The position numbers and the translations under genes were made by a program. The notes beneath the pieces were generated by a model. It saw only the letters and a list, made by a program, of their open reading frames with translations. It was not told the DNA's origin and ran no database searches. From Amphiscolops sp. MND2022 (taxonomy: Eukaryota), in NCBI GenBank assembly GCA_964187785.1, contig OZ076409.1, positions 89,406,001 through 89,470,000 of the forward strand: 64,000 nucleotides of DNA, read 5' to 3'. Below are positions 61,201 to 64,000 of this stretch, piece after piece; positions within the stretch are counted from its first letter, which is position 1, and the number at the start of each line of letters is the position of its first letter.

Positions 61201-63221
61201 TAGAAACATGGTCCGTTTTTAATCAACAGTAGACATGAACCTGTATTTCAACTCGCGGAATTCTAGGAACTTCGCAGCAGCGTACACTTCAGGAGCTTCT
61301 TCAGGCGTTACAGACATGGTCTCAAGGTACATATTGGCCAGACAGATACACACACCTAAATACAATAATACTCAGTCCATGTTTAGGACCGAACCGAATT
61401 GTACAAATTGACTCGCGGATTGACTTCAATCATCCAAACCTAACAGAAACACGCCGGGAACGGCCCAAGTCGGCGCCATCTCTAAGGCTCAAAAATAGCA
61501 AAAGGACTTCAAAGTGTCAAGTATTCTCTTCTACAGTACCCGCATGAGGAAAAAATTGAAAAAAAATGTCCGATTTTTTTTTGAAATTTTTCGAATTTTT
61601 TTGGTCACATAGTGCCGAAAAATGTAAAAAGGGGAGCCCTTCGGGAGTTTTTGAACATCCATTCTTTTGCAAAATTGAAAAAAAATTGAAGGGGGACCCT
61701 TTGGAGACATTAAAAAAATTTGCGAAAAAAGTCACAAAGCCGAGATAACCTGCACAAAAAATTTTTTGGTTAAGGGCGGGACGCGAACCCACGTCCTTCT
61801 GCTTGGCAGACCTCAAAAAATCAGAAGCAGAAGACGCTACATTAGTGTGGCAGTTAGTGGAAGCCAGCTTATAAAGCTTACAAAACTCACTTCGTTGGTC
61901 TTGAAAAAAGAAGAAAAAGTCACTACTATAGTCTGCGCTTTTCTACAAAAAGCGCCGACTAAAAAACGAGTACTTGAAGTAAATGAAGTACGTTGAGTAT
62001 TGCAACTCGAGAATATATAGGATTTCGTGAACATTGTGAGATTTTTCTCTTATGATAAGAAGAACGTTTTGGAAAGCGCATTTTCAACAACTTTGACTGA
62101 CTTTTTTAAAACGTCAGCTATTTTAATTTTGAATTGCTGCATGGTCTGGATAATTGAAGATCCACAGAGACAATAAATATTTTCTGCCGTCTAAAAGTTT
62201 GTTTTCAATTTCAATCTGAAATAATTACCGTCAACAGTGACAGGGTACTTGAGGTTGTCAGGAACTTGAAGCTGAAATTTGGGAAGGACCTCAAAGTCTA
62301 TTGCAGTGACGTCACGCGATAGCGCAATCACCGATCGCGAGTCGGTTTCGTTAAGAGCCGAAACCCGAATCACTTCTCTGCTCTGTCCATGGGCGAGGCT
62401 AAAACAGGAGTCTCATCAAAACATCAACAACTTCAACGTTTTTTCTCTGTCAATTAAACAATGTATTTGTTTGGCATTGCTGAACATTTGGACCCAATTT
62501 TAGCGATCCGAAAGCAAATTTCCAAAATTAACAACTCAAAACAAAGTAGTGAAAACACTGAACTCACCAGGGCCAAAAGACTAAAATTGAACGTTTCGCT
62601 CTAGTTTGTGGTGCGTTTACACAATGCTATGAAGTTAATTTTTGGTTATATTATTCGTTGCTAAGCATTGAATGTTATACTTGGGAGACTTATAAAGACT
62701 TAAAAGTTTTGAGAAGTCTCATTATTGCTACAAGTTTCCTGTCGCTGCCTTGCAACAAGTCACTCATTCGCGGCAAAATTTGTCGTTGAAATTCCAACAT
62801 CTAATTTTCTTCAAAGCAATAATTTCGTTGATTTTTGGAGTCAAGGATCTCAATATAATCTTTGATCGTTAACAAGATCTCACTGAGTATTCCAAGTAAC
62901 TCACAGCATTGTTTGTCGTTTGCTCAGTGACCTTTTCTCTCCCAGTGAAGGAGTTCGTCCTCGCTCCTGGACTATTCGAAGCAGTCTTTTGGATCGAGAC
63001 AAAACTCCAAAGTTCAGCTCGAAATCGTAACCCATGAAACTAAGGTAGAAGTCTGAAACGGGAACCGATCATCATCATGAACAAGTATTCGATAACAAGT
63101 AAGGGTATTATCATTGGAAACTGAAAAACCTGGCTCAGAAAGATCAACCTCCAGTTTGTGGAAAGGCGTGAATGCTCTAACTGTGATGGGACGGGGCTCA
63201 ATCTGAACATCAGTGAGAGCT
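55230..63221 (-). CDS. BTBD16: BTB/BACK protein, BTBD16-like (germ cell-less related); exons 63221-63130, 63052-62905, 62398-62229, 61355-61241, 60638-60438, 60065-59949, 58697-58520, 57869-57666, 55900-55706, 55298-55230; start not located
   Basis: Phase-compatible exons encode ICLANMY...VYAAAKFLEF, EFSLYKALCTWIYL...MPTFSTVVTYF, PLFSQLRLHAL, LQVGGDM...AARYG...SLHGFYF and a terminal LLFPPS*, collinear with BTBD16. Confidence 0.85.
56584..57394. mobile_element. Foldback/MULE-like MITE with GAAAACTCAACACA tandem units in its TIRs
   Basis: Units at 56592-56650 are inverted at 57248-57386. GAAAATTA flanks both ends (56576-56583, 57395-57402). Confidence 0.7.
56704..56917. mobile_element. 214-bp MITE nested in the previous element
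   Basis: TIR GGAG...GTCTAACAAGCAGACCA; ATACATCT duplicated at 56696-56703 and 56918-56925. Confidence 0.8.
58747..59426. mobile_element. Tc1/mariner-type MITE
   Basis: TA flanks; TIR CAGTACTGTGATTAAGAAA.CGTCCCC / GGGGACG.TTTCTTAATCACAGTACTG. Confidence 0.85.
61448..61965. repeat. Helentron/HINE-like non-autonomous element
   Basis: Terminal hairpin GCCGGGAACGGC; subterminal inverted repeat AGTCGGCGC (61468-61476) / GCGCCGACT (61952-61960); A-run flanks and no TSD. Confidence 0.55.
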
Positions 63222-64000
63222 CTAAATAAAACAGCCCGGTTGGTTACGTTGGTTATGAAATCGAATCTAGGAAAACTCGTCGAAAACAACTGGTGGAAAA
63301 CAACCCGTCGAAAACAACTGGTCAAAAATACTACGCGGAAAATTCGTCGAAAAGCAACTCGCCGAAATTTGTCCGGCTGCAAACTCAGACAAACATAGTG
63401 CTAGCATTAGGATCGTAGTTGAAGTTCGATGAAGTTCTAAATTTTTATGAAGTGTTACACTGTAAACTATGACAGTTGAAACATTTCAAGCAATTATGTA
63501 ACTAAAACAGCTATGTTATGCGTAAAACTGAAAATTTCACGCATCAATCAAGGAAAATTAATCCACAATTAGCACTGGGGTTCCAGTGTTTAATCTATAA
63601 TTATTCAGCGAGTTAGCACTTAATCATAGTTCGACGAGTTGATTTCGACGCGTTTTCCGCATACCTATGGAATCAACAAATAGTTGAAAAGGTAGACTGT
63701 GAAACGTTTTTATGGGGATAACTATAACTACTGATGGTTTCGATTTTGACGGGAAAATGTTTTATATGAATTCATTCTTGTTAAATGAGTTAATTGAAAT
63801 TACCCGTGGCGGGGACTGAAAGAAATGGAAAAAGTAAATGAAAAGTATGTCTATAGATCGCCAAACGTCAATAAAAAATATGTAATCTTACATGACATTA
63901 TGACCTTTACGGATACCATGCTATATTCCACAATTGGGCACTTTCATTTACAAAATATGCGGATTTAGGTGCCAGCCAAGTTTTCACACAAATACCATAG

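Noticed and set aside
62568..62627. Extra BTBD16 exon with a good GTGAG donor
   Set aside because: Its phase does not fit the flanking exons, which join directly in frame.

Overview
Animal (metazoan) genomic DNA with spliced genes and dense transposons; not prokaryotic, no rRNA or CRISPR seen. Four host genes can be assembled from GT-AG exons: the 3' exons of a BTBD19-like gene (+), CCDC34-like (+), GTPBP1-like (+) and BTBD16-like (-, 5' end possibly outside the window). The most unusual object is a decayed, very large Ty3/gypsy LTR retrotransposon at 1-11018. It has gag, a tandem pseudo-protease plus protease, RT and RNase H, and its integrase core is deleted. Its pol ends in what look like two TARG1/OARD1-type macrodomains, and it carries a ~4.3 kb extra sense ORF with an SGNH-like segment, followed by a PPT and a 730-bp 3' LTR. 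The window also holds a CRE-like RLE non-LTR relic and a full-length CR1/L2-type LINE. That LINE has a 146-bp inverted duplication of its ORF1 start, an in-frame TGA-CTA ORF1/ORF2 junction and two nested DNA transposons. There is also a young full-length Mag-like gypsy element (identical 182-bp LTRs, 5-bp TSD, two nonsense codons) and many hAT, MULE, piggyBac, Tc1 and Helentron-like non-autonomous elements. All domain calls are by eye from motifs; no searches were run.
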